A stretch of 33,528 bases of DNA, from positions 1 through 33,528 of the forward strand of contig JAUCBJ010002936.1 in NCBI GenBank assembly GCA_032718475.1, written 5' to 3'. Each line of letters begins with the position of its first letter. The stretch's first letter is position 1. A program made the translations under genes and the position numbers. Origin of the DNA: Nemertoderma westbladi (Eukaryota > Animalia > Xenacoelomorpha). Below are positions 21,447-33,528 of this stretch, piece after piece. Below the pieces are notes generated by a model. That model was given only the letters and a program-made list of their open reading frames with translations, searched no databases and was not told where the DNA came from.

Positions 21447-23229
21447 GACACTGCGGTGTTGCGTGGGGGCCACCAATCCACCCACCCACACTCAACTCCC
21501 AACTTCCTGGACACTAGGATACTGAGTGAAAGCGTCTGAAACTACTACAGGAACTCCATGACAGACTATGGGCTAGCGACTAGGGACTGGCGCCCTTGAA
21601 CATGTAAACTGTAGTACCTACTGTACCACCTACCTTAAAGTGACCTGTGGGACCAGCCCATTATTAGTGAGGTCGGCATTTCTCTTTATCCTGCCGCTCT
21701 CTTTGTATTACAATAGCATACAGCTAACCAATGGCAATGGTCTACCCCCAGTGCGGGAAAGACAAGCTGGCTACCATTGAAATTAATAGCCGGGAAGGAT
21801 AATATGGTGTGTTCGTGTTCCCATCCTAATGTCTGTCGTCTTGGCTCAGCTAAGCTTAAACAGAGCCACAGCCTACAATAGAGCTTTACCTAAATACACT
21901 TCCAGTGAGCCAAGCAGTAGTGGCGGGTTAGCTCCAAAATGCCCATGTAGGATTTCTTCGAAAAAGGACCAATTGGTTGAGTTACGAGTTACAGTGAAAA
22001 AGTATTCATGATTAGATTTTGCTTTGAACAGGAGAAACACGTTCGTTGGGCCTTCGCGCATCACGAGGCCCAGTTATGAGATACAAATTAAAATTGAGCG
22101 ACTGTATCACAAAATCAGGTTTTGAGAAATTTACCCACACCACCAATCAATCAAAGAAAGGGGGACAGTACGTGTTCACCCCTTTTAATCTCTCCACCCC
22201 CCCACCCATCCCAACCACCAATACATAACCGCGACATCTACCACCCACGGAAGGGTAGAACGAACTTATTTCCAATCGCACGTTCAATATGCAAAGCCAG
22301 GTGGTGTATAGGAATATAATCAACGCCGTACTCGTCTTAATTATTATAAGCGTCGTTGCGCTCGTCCTGTTTTGTATTTAAATATATTTCCTAAACGCAG
22401 ACTGGCAATCTTTATAACTATGGATACGTGCAATATGCGAAACCAGGAATGGTTTATAGGAATATAATCAATGCAGAACGCAGTACTAAATTCAGTCGAT
22501 GCAGTAATGATATTCAAATAATTAATTTAATACCAGTACCCTCTGTTAATGCCTCAGTGTAAAAACTTAGACAATTCAACTACAAAGAAATCCCATCAAA
22601 AAATAATAAGCCCAATATTTATGAGGAAAAAACAAGTATGGATATAAATAAGTCTTCTGCAGTGGTAAAATGTTATTGACTGACATTTATTAAACGAGAT
22701 CTGTCTAACACGGCAATAACACAATAATAGACTGAATAGTAGGGAATTCAGATTTCCATCTCGTTAGCTAGCTATGGCCAATCTGTCTACCGGCCTGTAC
22801 ACATGTGGTTACTTACATTCGCATTCCCATTGAAGAGCAACTGGCTGTTCTACACACACCAAACATCCTTCCCATCCTTCCCATCCTATGTACCAGCACC
22901 GAGCCAACTTGGATGTTAACCAATAAATGAGCAGTATTTAATGAGAATCAATTTTTTATACCGTTTTAATTACTTTAGATCAATTAAAGACACAATTATT
23001 AAAGCAAATCACTTGAACTAATTAAAAACTATAATAGAATGGAGTATGTGGATTACATCTGTATAATTTTTAAGTATAATTATTTAAATCTTATACTGTA
23101 AAAGAATTAATTTCCTTTAAAAGGCAGGTTGAAAATGGTGTTTTCACCGTAATCAACTTAATTAACTAATTAACTGCTATTATCTTAGCTTCTCGAAGGC
23201 CACACTGAAATTCTACTTGGAAAATTTCT

Positions 23230-23400
23230 AAACTTTTGCCAAACAACATGTGTACCAAGTTTGGATAGATTTCATCAAAGATTGGCCTAGTTATTAACGT
23301 TTAAAATTGAACACGACAGAACGACAGAACGACAGAACGACAGGTTGATTAATGGTACCACTACGCTAAGGCTCACTCACTTCGTGGCTCGCCCCATAGA
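23230..23400. repeat. Short interspersed repeat with (GACAGAAC)n, possibly a non-autonomous Helitron/DINE-like element
   Basis: The layout ccaagtttgg..(acgacaga)x3-4..gctcactcacttcgtggctcgcc resembles invertebrate rolling-circle relics. Boundaries are unclear. Confidence 0.35.
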
Positions 23401-23544
23401 TGGAACATATAGGTCATCTAATTAATTGTTTAAAGATTAGCAAACAATACAGCGTAATTGAATTGACGCCACTAACTAAAAGACTAACGGAAACTAACTA
23501 AAAGGAATTCATATAAAATAAGCTAGAAATTTGAAACTTTTTTT

Positions 23545-24010
23545 AGCGGCGGGGTGCCAAATTTTGTGCCAGCCCCAAATTTTGAAATGTCAATTTTGTA
23601 AATTTATTGTTTGAAGCTGTTTTTTCCGCAATAGGGGTTTTAGGCGTTCTGGTCTCGTTCGAATATATACGAATTGCACCAGGCATATCAATCAACGTTG
23701 TATTTTTCGGTGCTGTGTGCAAAATTTGGTGCCAGCAAGAAATTTTGAAAATTCATTCAATAGTTCAATTGATTGTGACAACTCATATCTTACATTTTCG
23801 AGGTTTATTGGGGCTCTAAATTCAATGGAATAAATATTTATATAATAACTAGACATATCAAACTTGTATTTTTCGGAAGTATGGGTGCAAAATTTGGTGC
23901 TAGCACAAAATTTTGAAACCCATCAACAATATCAATTGATTGTGTCACCTTGTTTCTTGCGTTACACGGATTTGTGAGGGTTCTGAATTCAATGGAATAT
24001 GAAAAAATTG
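23545..24010. repeat. Diverged ~165-bp tandem repeat (~3 units)
   Basis: A gcaaaatttggtgc(c/t)agca..aaattttgaaa-like anchor occurs at about 23555, 23719 and 23887; aattcaatggaata occurs at ~23819 and ~23986. Confidence 0.7.
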
Positions 24011-25479
24011 CATAAGAATACTTTTCGAGAAAAATCAATTAGAAATCTTTAATCGCTAATTTCTAATTAATTAATAAACAGATTTTTGCCAAATATTTAT
24101 CTGCTGTGGGCGTTCGGATCATCTACAAGATAGTTCAAAAAGAAGTGTTTGAGCTTTTGCCGTTCTCCTGGAAAAAATCCTTTAAATATCGACCTAAAAA
24201 AGATCAAAGGAAAGTGCCTACTTCTGACCACTGCTAGATAGTGGTAGTACTGTATTATTAGGTTTTACTTTGGTGTTTATTTTAGTTTACTATTTTAATG
24301 GATAAAATAATACATCTAATGGAGCAAGCATGAAAAAGAACAAAAAATTATTTTGCCTATGGTAATACCTTACTCTGGATAACGATATACATAAAAATAA
24401 TAATAGACCTACTGTTTAATGATTCAAAAAATTTAATATTATGTAATATACATTCAATATCTTACCTTGATCACGGTTCATAATCCTGTTATCCGTGAAG
24501 GAGATTTGCGTTTTCGGGAGATAAATCAAATGTTAAAAGTTTCAGCTTCCGTTTTATTATAAAGTAAAATTAAATATTGTAATTCAGAACTGCTTCTCAA
24601 AAAAAACATAATTTATACAGAATTTCGTACTTGTTCTGTGTCTTAAATTGATTTAGAAACTCGTATGGTGAAGTCGGCAAATATACAGTACAAATTTTGT
24701 TATAGTGACCTACCTACATATATTCCTACTGAAGATACTTGTAAGACAATGTATTTCGTCTACTGGGGTTAGGAATCAAAACTAATAAGCAATTTGGTTT
24801 GAGCATGAGCAATTGTGGTTGACCTTTGATTGGCATTGTTATCCTTCTATTCCAATATAATGGTAATAATCCGCTTATTAACAGTTGTGGATTATGGAAA
24901 CAACTCTTCTTACATTACTGTATTAGCAATTGATTTCCAACTCAACAATCATAATAATGTGCTTGACCTTTGATTAGCAATGTGAATTAGAAATAACAGG
25001 TAGTTGTTGAACATTCCGGGCAAAACAACACTCTGCTAATGATAGTCTACTTAAAAAATGTGTTGTTTTGTCCTAGGACAAAACAGCAGGTGTTGTTTTT
25101 GACATTCTTTCAGTTTGTTGAAACCCTGTTGAGGTATAGTACCGGTACAGAGCAGACAGCTACCACAGTCTGACAGTAGTGCAATACTGCATTAGGCCCT
25201 AGTAGGTGAAGGCTGTACTGGTGGACTGTAGGGTGGGCCTAGTACCATAGCTTGTGTCAGAGTGTATCGGTACGGTACCGTACCGCAACTGTCATAATAG
25301 GCCTACAGATATGGGTAGGCTTCACACTATCACAGAAGTACTGAAGTAGGCCTAGCGAAAGCGAAGTAGGTAGGGCCTACTGCTATTGTACCGTATCTGT
25401 GTACCGTACCACTCTGCCACTGTACCACAGATAATGCACAATCTGACAATGCAGTAGGCCCAGGCTGCAAATTGAGTGC

Positions 25480-26060
25480 AAAAATCCTTGTGATTCCTTG
25501 TGGGCTTTTATTATATTCTGGTATATTGAATCGGTGGGCTGGTCTTCATCCATTGATTGAAGTGCTTCAAAGCGGTTTTGAACTTCTACTGCTGTACTGT
25601 GTAAGCATCCTTTACTGCATTGTCTGTTCTGAGATTCTCCCAGTCATAGTTGATTTGCTTGCTTGTCCTGGGTTTGCTGGCTCTCAACAGCTCAAACTGA
25701 GTCTGATCTCTGCAGTCACATTTCTGTGGTCCGAACCAATTACAGGATTAGGTTGAACAACTGAACAAGCTGTATACCTCACAGTTGATCATACATGTTG
25801 TTTCTCCCACTTTTTGTTTATAAGGATGTAATCAAGTTGTGCTTTGGTTCCATTAGGGTATTGAAAGTATAGGCCTACTGAAAGTATACATTAGGGTACT
25901 GAAATTGAAAACCTTCTCTCACTTTGTTTTTAGTTATCCATTTAAGCTGAAACTTCACACATGCTGTGTCGTAGACCAGTATACCATCATCCATAGGCTG
26001 CATCTTTGTTGGGACGGTAATCCCACATGCCACAGCAGTTCTCCAGTCTACCGCTAGTGG
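25480..26060 (-). pseudogene. RTE-clade LINE AP-endonuclease relic
   Basis: Hand translation gives QYPNGTKAQLDYILIT (~25815-25862), IGSDHRNVTAEIRLSL (~25693-25740) and EVQNRFEALQSMDED (~25540-25586). Not in the ORF track because of frameshifts. Confidence 0.75.
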
Positions 26061-28595
26061 GCTAAAATGAAAACATTTTAGAAATGTCTGACATGAAAAC
26101 CTTCAGCCATTTCATATTATTGTTTATAATTTTTTCTTCCTAATTGATACGAATGTGCCAGACATTCTAGACCTCAGATTAGATTTCGCGAAATCTTAAA
26201 TGCAGATACCCAGTCTGCAGGTGACGTGAAACAATTTTTTCTCATTCTGGTATAAGGTTATATTTCGGTTATAAGGTTATATTTAAAAAAAAATTTCTCG
26301 TCACTGCATGGTCAGCTTTACCCTTTGTATACTGTTCGCGCTTTCAGACCTTTGGCAGTTTAACCCGCCAAATTAAGATGTCTTCTAGATATTAAATCGC
26401 TTTTTAGCCTATGACAAGTATTTGATTCACTACACTAGTCGAAACCAATCCGTGCGCGACCATTCACCCGCTGGATATTCCCGGGAGATTGGGTTCGACG
26501 GTTTAATTTTGTTGCTATGTAAGCCTAATGTATTATTCGACTGACAGTATTATATAATCTCTGACAATATTATTTACCTTCGGGAATATTAACAGTTCCT
26601 TTAGGACGTGGCGCTTTATCTACATAAACAGAGTTATGACTTAAACTACTCACAACGACATGGCTTAATTATAATTCACATATATGGCGCATTCTTTAGG
26701 AATGCTTCTTTAACAGACTCACTCATACACAATGCTGCACAATACTGCACACTAATCTGCCAATCTTCACTGATTTTAGTCACATATAAAAGGAACACAG
26801 ACTGACTCATGTAGGGTCTATCAAATAACATTAGATTCACTTCAAACCACTTTAACATGAGTCACAATCGTTTATCTGTAACCCTTCTCTCTTACCTTCG
26901 GTATATCAAGAATATTGGGTTTCGGGGTTATTTCTCGTTATTCCAAATATAATAATTCATCAACCATATTATGAAGAACTGACAGTAAATAGCAGTATAA
27001 CAATATAAAAGTATGCACAGTATTACACAGTATGCAGTGTATGCAGTACTGCAGTATGCAGTGATTACGAAATTGCAGAGTGTTTGTTTCGTCAGTTAAA
27101 GGATATATGTCCTTGTAATTAAACCTACTAGTGTTGAGCTAAAAAGCAGAAAGCACAAAACACTAAAAAGCCGTTCTTTCGTGGCTTTGAAAAACTCGTG
27201 ACTACTGCTCTATACGAGTATACCAACCACTCTTATTCCACGAAGCTCCCGTTCAACACAGAGAAAGAGCAGTGAGATAGGAAATTTTCAGTTCAGTACT
27301 CTGTGATAGGTCAAAATCAAGGCTAGCTCAAAATTCTATTGGGAGATACAAAAACAAGGCTATGACGCAACCTCCCTAGGCTTGTTGGCCGATTAAACAG
27401 AGCCCAGATGCCTGCGTACAGCAAATCAGCCAATAAGCTGGTAACTTGCACTATTTTTAGCTGTAGATCACTTTGAGAGTATTCTTAGCGACTGGGGGGG
27501 AACTGGCCAACAAGGCAAACGAATCAGTTATCCCACAAAAGCTTTTACATATACAATGATAGCAACAGTGACAGGGGCACACACATACTTAAAGAATCAA
27601 AGCATTACATTCTTGCACTTTATATACAGTAGTTTACCAATTTTAGAGCGAAAAGGTTTATTTTTCAGATATAGGCCCCCTATAGGCCCCCAATGGTAGT
27701 AAATTCGACTGGTCAGATTTAATCGTGACTGATTTATATTAAAGTTAAATAAATACTGTTATTTGTTTAACCCCAAAAAGACCAAGCCCCATTTTCTATA
27801 CTGGACCCCCCAAACTAAACCCTCTTTAGAATCTGTTAATGCATTTAACAATTAGCTTTGTAATAAACATTGGTTTTGTTTTCCTAAGCACTGTGTTGTT
27901 TTGCCTGAACAACACAACAACAACACAATTGTTTCCCGGTTGTTTTGTTGTTTTTCCGGTTGTTTTAACCCTCGGAGTAGGAAAGCCTCGGAAACAATTG
28001 CATGATACTGTATTATCAATTTAGATAAAGAGTTTGTTTTGTTGGCTGGACCTACTGTATGTCTAATTATCAATTTAGCAACTTTGGAGTTGTAAAGTAG
28101 GAGTCGTCGCAGTACTTTTGAGCTATTATACAGTAGGATAACATTCCTTTGCTGCATTGGCTGCATACCAGTATGCCTGCACCGCTATGTCAGTATGTCA
28201 TATGATGATACTTACTGGTAACAGGGCAACGTGAAACGTGATCCCCTATTGGCTATTTACCTAACAGACATAAATATTATATCTCTTTCTCCTGATTGGT
28301 TATAGGATCAGATGCCGTCAGATCAGATAAGGACAGACGTTTTATTCTACCTCGCCATTCTGCCATTTCCTCTTCTGACAGACATCCTGTAAGAATTCCA
28401 GCTGTCCACCAGTGTTATTTGCCATGCTGATAACACAGTAACAGAATAAGCAGATACTGATATAAAGGCAGTAAGGGAATCGACCAATAAAATTCCGTTG
28501 TTGTACCTGACTCGCTTACTGCAGTACTGACAGTACAGTCTGAACGTCTCTCGAATTACTGAATCAGGCCTACCGGCAGCGGCAGACCGGTAGTT

Positions 28596-30554
28596 ATGGA
28601 TCAGTTACTTAGATGTTCAAACGCTTTACTTGGACGAGTTGGTAGCAGGAAAATTTGGCGAAATATAAATAGACTCGCCACAAGACAAATCACTGGAGTA
28701 AGTGGGAAACCCTCTGCCTATCCTTTCGTAGACCATGTGTTCGACGCGGTCGTTGTGGGGGCTGGTGGCGCCGGATTACGGGCCGGATTCGGGTTAGCCT
28801 CGGAAGGATTTCGCACTGCCATTGTATCTAAACTCTTCCCAACTAGAAGTCATACAGTAGCAGCTCAGGGGGGAATTAACGCGGCATTGGGAAACATGGA
28901 ACCGGACGATTGGAAGTGGCACATGTACGACACGGTGAAGGGTTCCGATTGGCTCGGCGACCAGGATGCCATACACTATATGTGTCGAGAGGCTCCGACG
29001 GCTGTAGTGGAGCTGGAGAACTACGGGATGCCGTTCAGTCGCACCCAGGACGGCCTCATTTACCAACGGGCCTTCGGGGGGCAGAGTTACGACTACGGTA
29101 AGGGCGGACAGGCCCATCGGTGCTGCTGTGTGGCTGACCGCACCGGCCACTCCATGCTACACACATTATACGGCCGCTCCCTGAAGTACGATACAACCTA
29201 CTTTACGGAATATTTCGCTCTCGATTTGTTGATGGTTAACGGTGAGTGTCGTGGAGTTATAGCTTTGTGTCTGGAAGACGGAACGATTCACAGGATTACA
29301 GCTAAGAACACAGTGGTGGCCACCGGGGGGTACGGACGGGCCTACTTCTCGTGCACCTCGGCCCACACCTGCACCGGTGACGGGAACGCGATGTTCTCAC
29401 GGGCGGGGTTCGCCAATCAGGATCTCGAGTTCGTCCAGTTCCATCCGACTGGTATCTACGGGGCCGGTTGTCTCATTACCGAGGGCTGCAGGGGGGAGGG
29501 CGGTTACCTTATAAACAGCGAAGGGGAGCGCTTTATGGAGCGATACGCACCCACCGCCAAGGATTTAGCCTCGAGGGATGTTGTGTCCAGGTCGATGACT
29601 ATCGAGATAAGGGAAGGTAGAGGGGTTGGACCGGATAAGGATCACGTCTTCCTTCAGCTGCATCACCTTCCTCCGGAGCAGCTGGCATCGCGTCTCCCTG
29701 GGATCTCCGAGACCGCGTCTATATTCGCTGGCGTTGATGTTACACGAGACCCGATTCCCGTTCTACCGACGGTTCACTACAACATGGGTGGCATTCCTAC
29801 CAACTTTAAGGGACAGGCGATCGCCCACAGTGGCGGCGTGGACCGGCCCATCCCTGGGCTGTACGCCGCCGGGGAATCGGCCAGCGCCAGCGTCCACGGG
29901 GCCAACAGACTCGGCGCCAACTCGTTGCTCGACCTCGTTGTGTTCGGTCGCGCGTGCGCGCACACTATAGCCAGCGAGAACAAACCGGGTGAGCGAGTTG
30001 GCGAGCTGCCCGCGGACTGCGGGGAGGAGTCGGTAGCGAATCTGGACGCAGTTCGTTACGCAGATGGGAGTAGGAGTGTGGCCTCGTTGAGGAACCAGAT
30101 GCAGCGAACGATGCAGACACACGCGGCAGTGTTCCGTACAGGGGAGGTACTTAAGGAAGGCTGCGACCAAATGGGAGAGCTTTACAAGGAAGTCGCTAGG
30201 GATATAAAGACTAGTGACCGGGGGTTGGTGTGGAACACCGATCTGGTCGAGGCCCTGGAGTTGCAAAATCTTATGATCGTGGCCTGTCAAACAATAGTTG
30301 GAGCGGAAGCCAGGAAGGAGAGCAGGGGAGCCCACGCGAGAGAGGATTACAGTGAGAGAATAGATGAATATGACTATACCAAACCCTTATCAGAGCAGGA
30401 AAAACTCCCTTTAACGAGCCACTGGCGGAAACACACGTTATCGAGTATATCAACAGCCACGGGATCGGTTGAGCTCAACTACAGACCCGTTATAGACGAA
30501 ACCTTAGATCAAACAGAGTGCGGTACAGTTCCACCGGCTATCCGATCCTACTGA
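28596..30554 (+). CDS. SDHA: Succinate dehydrogenase flavoprotein subunit, mitochondrial; intact and intronless
   Basis: 652-aa uninterrupted ORF with an Arg-rich transit-like N-terminus, [22 protein letters not shown] (covalent FAD His), [40 protein letters not shown] and the C-terminus VPPAIRSY. Confidence 0.98.
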   Translation: MDQLLRCSNALLGRVGSRKIWRNINRLATRQITGVSGKPSAYPFVDHVFDAVVVGAGGAGLRAGFGLASEGFRTAIVSKLFPTRSHTVAAQGGINAALGNMEPDDWKWHMYDTVKGSDWLGDQDAIHYMCREAPTAVVELENYGMPFSRTQDGLIYQRAFGGQSYDYGKGGQAHRCCCVADRTGHSMLHTLYGRSLKYDTTYFTEYFALDLLMVNGECRGVIALCLEDGTIHRITAKNTVVATGGYGRAYFSCTSAHTCTGDGNAMFSRAGFANQDLEFVQFHPTGIYGAGCLITEGCRGEGGYLINSEGERFMERYAPTAKDLASRDVVSRSMTIEIREGRGVGPDKDHVFLQLHHLPPEQLASRLPGISETASIFAGVDVTRDPIPVLPTVHYNMGGIPTNFKGQAIAHSGGVDRPIPGLYAAGESASASVHGANRLGANSLLDLVVFGRACAHTIASENKPGERVGELPADCGEESVANLDAVRYADGSRSVASLRNQMQRTMQTHAAVFRTGEVLKEGCDQMGELYKEVARDIKTSDRGLVWNTDLVEALELQNLMIVACQTIVGAEARKESRGAHAREDYSERIDEYDYTKPLSEQEKLPLTSHWRKHTLSSISTATGSVELNYRPVIDETLDQTECGTVPPAIRSY

Positions 30555-31469
30555 GTTGTACGCCGCATAATGTACTCTTACTGCGGTTATGTTTTTATCA
30601 CATTAATTATTGTTTGGATTTTAGGATATAGTTTGTTTACCTTATTGCTCGGAGAGTGCTTAGTATATTAAATTTAAATGAATATTTAAAAGGATGAGAT
30701 ACCTAGACAGTGCTTATCATAAACTTTAACACCATAAAGTTTACCAACTTATCTCGAAAATGTTGTTTTTGAATAAAATATTTCCATATTTTTCTTTAGT
30801 AATATTATATGAAGATGTCAAACCTCTCGTTAAATACGTATAACATAATTCTGAGTTTTTCGTTTAGTACACCCAATCAGGGTTTTTTCTAAATGTTCAC
30901 TGTGAAAAGTTTCTAAACGGCTATGAAAAATTTAGAAAATCTAAATTTTGTTTAGGAAACCAAAATAATTTGCTCAATGGCGAATGAATTGAGAAATTAA
31001 AAGTAGGTACGCAATACTGAGCTGTATTGCTTGTTTTCAACAAAGTCTACAGCCTGTAATCATAAATATCGTCGAATTATTAAACTAATTAGGCCTACGA
31101 CTCTATTTAATACAGCTTTGGTAAACGGTAAGCTATTTATTAGGAAGGAATACTCCACCTCATTGGCGATGGCCACAGTAGAAAGGGCCAAAAAACAAAT
31201 TTTACTGCTATAACATTTTACTTCTGCAAAAAATTACTGCTGCGGTCGGGTCTGCTGCACTCTGCCAACTGAGCGGAAATTTCACACTTTCTATCACTAA
31301 CTTAGGCGTAGTCATTCTGACATCCAAAAGACATTCTGTAAATAATTTTGTGATAGAAAGTAACAATAGTGAGCGAAAGAAGTATTTTCTCGACTGTTTG
31401 CTATAAATTTTAATGATGAAAAAGTGGATTTTTCAGATAAAAAAAGTAATGTTCCAATTACAGTAGAAA

Positions 31470-31920
31470 ATTCGGACCCGGAGAATTCGGTCGCGGATAA
31501 TTCGGTCCTAAAATCACTAAATAAATGGGACCGAATTGTCCGGATGCTGACTAGGACAATTAATTTAATGGGACCGAATTGTCCGGGACCGAATTTGCCG
31601 AACTGCAAAGATTACCTTTATTTATAAAACTCAAAGCAATTTTATAAATAATGTTTGAAATCTAGGTACCGGGTTTGAGCCCCAATAGGGGCGGTTGATA
31701 TTTTTCGCCATGGAGAGCATCATCATATGTAATATAATGTACTATACCATAATATAGAATTATGTTTCAACCAGGAACCGGACAATTCGAACCTGGACAA
31801 TTCGATCCCGGACAATTCAATCCCAGACAATTCGATCCCGGACAATTCAGTCCCATTTATTTAGTGTTTTGGGACCAAATTGTCAAGGACCGAATTGTCC
31901 GAAACGGAATTGTCCTACAT
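31470..31920. repeat. Two foldback-type elements built of 15-bp GGACAATTCG(A/G)TCCC units, in opposite orientation
   Basis: 31470..31605 and 31775..31917 each have forward units followed by reverse-complement units. The cores cactaaataaatgggac and gtcccatttatttagtg are reverse complements. Confidence 0.8.
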
Positions 31921-32559
31921 CCAGAAAATTGCTCTTAGAAGTGGTGTATATATGTTGGAATCCCCACGGTAGGGTCTCGGGGTAGGGACACTGGGACCCT
32001 ACCCTCAATTCGCTAGTGTCCCTGGTTTATTAATCCTTTATGCTACTACAACAGTTTAATGCGCCAGAACATTCATTAAATTGGGTAAACCTTTTCGAAC
32101 ATTGGCCTTTTCGATTCTAGTTCGCAACATTGGGTCATACATCACCAGTTTCAGAGTTTTAACATTAACTACGCGTAGGTGCTACGCGTAGGTGCTACGT
32201 ATAACTACGCGTAGGTGCAACCCATAACTATGCCTATGAATAGAAGACTGTAATTTCCAAAACATTTGGAAGCATAATAAGTAAAAAATAAATACAATTT
32301 GTTTGCACCATGTAAAATATATAAATTAAAATTTACGTATTTTTACGTATTTACGTTAAATTTACATTTAATTTAATTAAATTTACATTAAATGTACGTA
32401 TTTACGTAAATTTACGTCTCCCCTTTGAAATATCAATATTAAAATATAGTAGAATGTTCTAGATCTTAAAAATAAGGTAACAGTTTTGAAATGGTATTAA
32501 TTGTTATGTCCTAGAGGGTGGTGAGGAATACTGCACGTCGAAGGTCCGATTTACATGGT

Positions 32560-33528
32560 CGGATGCCGGTGCAGGTTTTGTAGTGGAAATTGGATGCTGC
32601 TGAATACGAGTTATTTCATTAGGGAGATCATTCCAAAGCCGGGGGCCTCGAAATGAGAAAGCTTGTCGGCCGTATTCAGTTTTGCGACTCGGAATAACAG
32701 CGTATTGATTTGGTCCACGACGATTCTCTCTTACAGAGAATTTAACCATATCTGATAAGTATTCTGGGGCTAGTCCATTGGCTATTCTGAACATATGGGA
32801 TAGAGTAACAAACTTGGGTTCGCTCGCCTTTAAGGGTAGCCATCAATTCAACCGAATGAAGTGCTCTATACTAATGTGCGTGCGTGTCTCAAGGAAAAGG
32901 CAAAAACGAATGCATTTCCGCTGGAGGGATTCCAGTTCTAATCGCAGTGATTTGTGAGTTTTGTAAAGAACCAACATTGACCTGCATAGTCGATGTGAGG
33001 CTGGATTAAAACATTGCAAAGCAGTCTTCGTAACCCTCCGCTAAGAACCGCACTATTCCTGTGTAAAGAACTGCAGGCGACTGTTACCTTTCTTGATAAC
33101 TTTCCATGCCATGGCTTTGCCAGATAGAGTCGCATCCAGCTCACAACCCAGATAAATGGCAGAATCTTTGGGCGGTATGACTAAACCGTTACATGGTATT
33201 TGTAAGTCTGGCTCCGATAATAGGCGTTGGTGACTACCAAAAAGTATGGTATCTGTTTTATTCAGATTTAAACTGAGTCTGTTGTCAGTCAACCACATAG
33301 ATACTCTAGCCATGGTTGCTGTTAGTGTTCTCGAAATATCTGTTGAGTGGATCTGAGAGTTCAATAGACTAGTATCATCCGCGAACATTGGTGGTAATAC
33401 ATCTTCATTCAATGCCACAGTGCCAGGGTGGGTTGGTGGAATCGTTGGTGGGATTGTTGTTATGGTTGGAACTTCTTCAAAGTCATTAGTATATAGGAGG
33501 AAGAGGGGAGGGGGTAGTATGCCTGTTG
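32560..33528 (-). mobile_element. L2/CR1-group LINE ORF2 3' part (RT), degenerate, continues beyond the window
   Basis: ILPPPLFLLYTND; MFADDTSL; WLTDNRLSLNLNKT; YLGCELDATLS; LIQPHIDY; LAPEYLSDM; GRQAFSFRGPRLWNDLP. Confidence 0.88.

Noticed and set aside
22285-22475. ~45-bp diverged direct repeat
   Set aside because: Only two degenerate copies and no element boundaries.
28794-30453. Alternative-frame and antisense ORFs within SDHA
   Set aside because: Shadows of the real CDS.
32165-32420. CTACGCGTAGGTG and ATTTACGT short tandem repeats
   Set aside because: Few copies; consistent with simple slippage near a LINE 3' end.

Overview
This is eukaryotic, repeat-dense DNA, probably from an invertebrate animal; the taxon cannot be fixed from the sequence. 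The first ~21.5 kb is a nest of decayed transposons, nearly all on the minus strand. In order: a G-rich minisatellite; the 3' half of a CRE-clade non-LTR element with a tRNA-derived SINE inserted (12-bp TSD); a ~467-bp tandem repeat; a Sola-like DNA transposase broken by an LTR; a truncated BEL/Pao LTR retrotransposon; the 5' half of a CRE element fused in frame to the BEL integrase; a second CRE endonuclease fragment; a Mag-like Ty3/Gypsy element; and a MITE with a 9-bp TSD. The right part holds an RTE endonuclease relic, one intact intronless SDHA gene, foldback-type repeats and an L2/CR1-group LINE fragment. The most notable signal lies between the BEL integrase and the 3' LTR, at the env position. 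A single ~850-codon frame there, broken only by two in-frame TGA codons, encodes a DEDD (RNase D/WRN/MUT-7-like) 3'-5' exonuclease domain, three CCHC zinc knuckles and basic NLS-like motifs. It is a candidate retrotransposon accessory RNA-processing or anti-silencing gene. All family assignments are motif recognition by eye; no searches were run.
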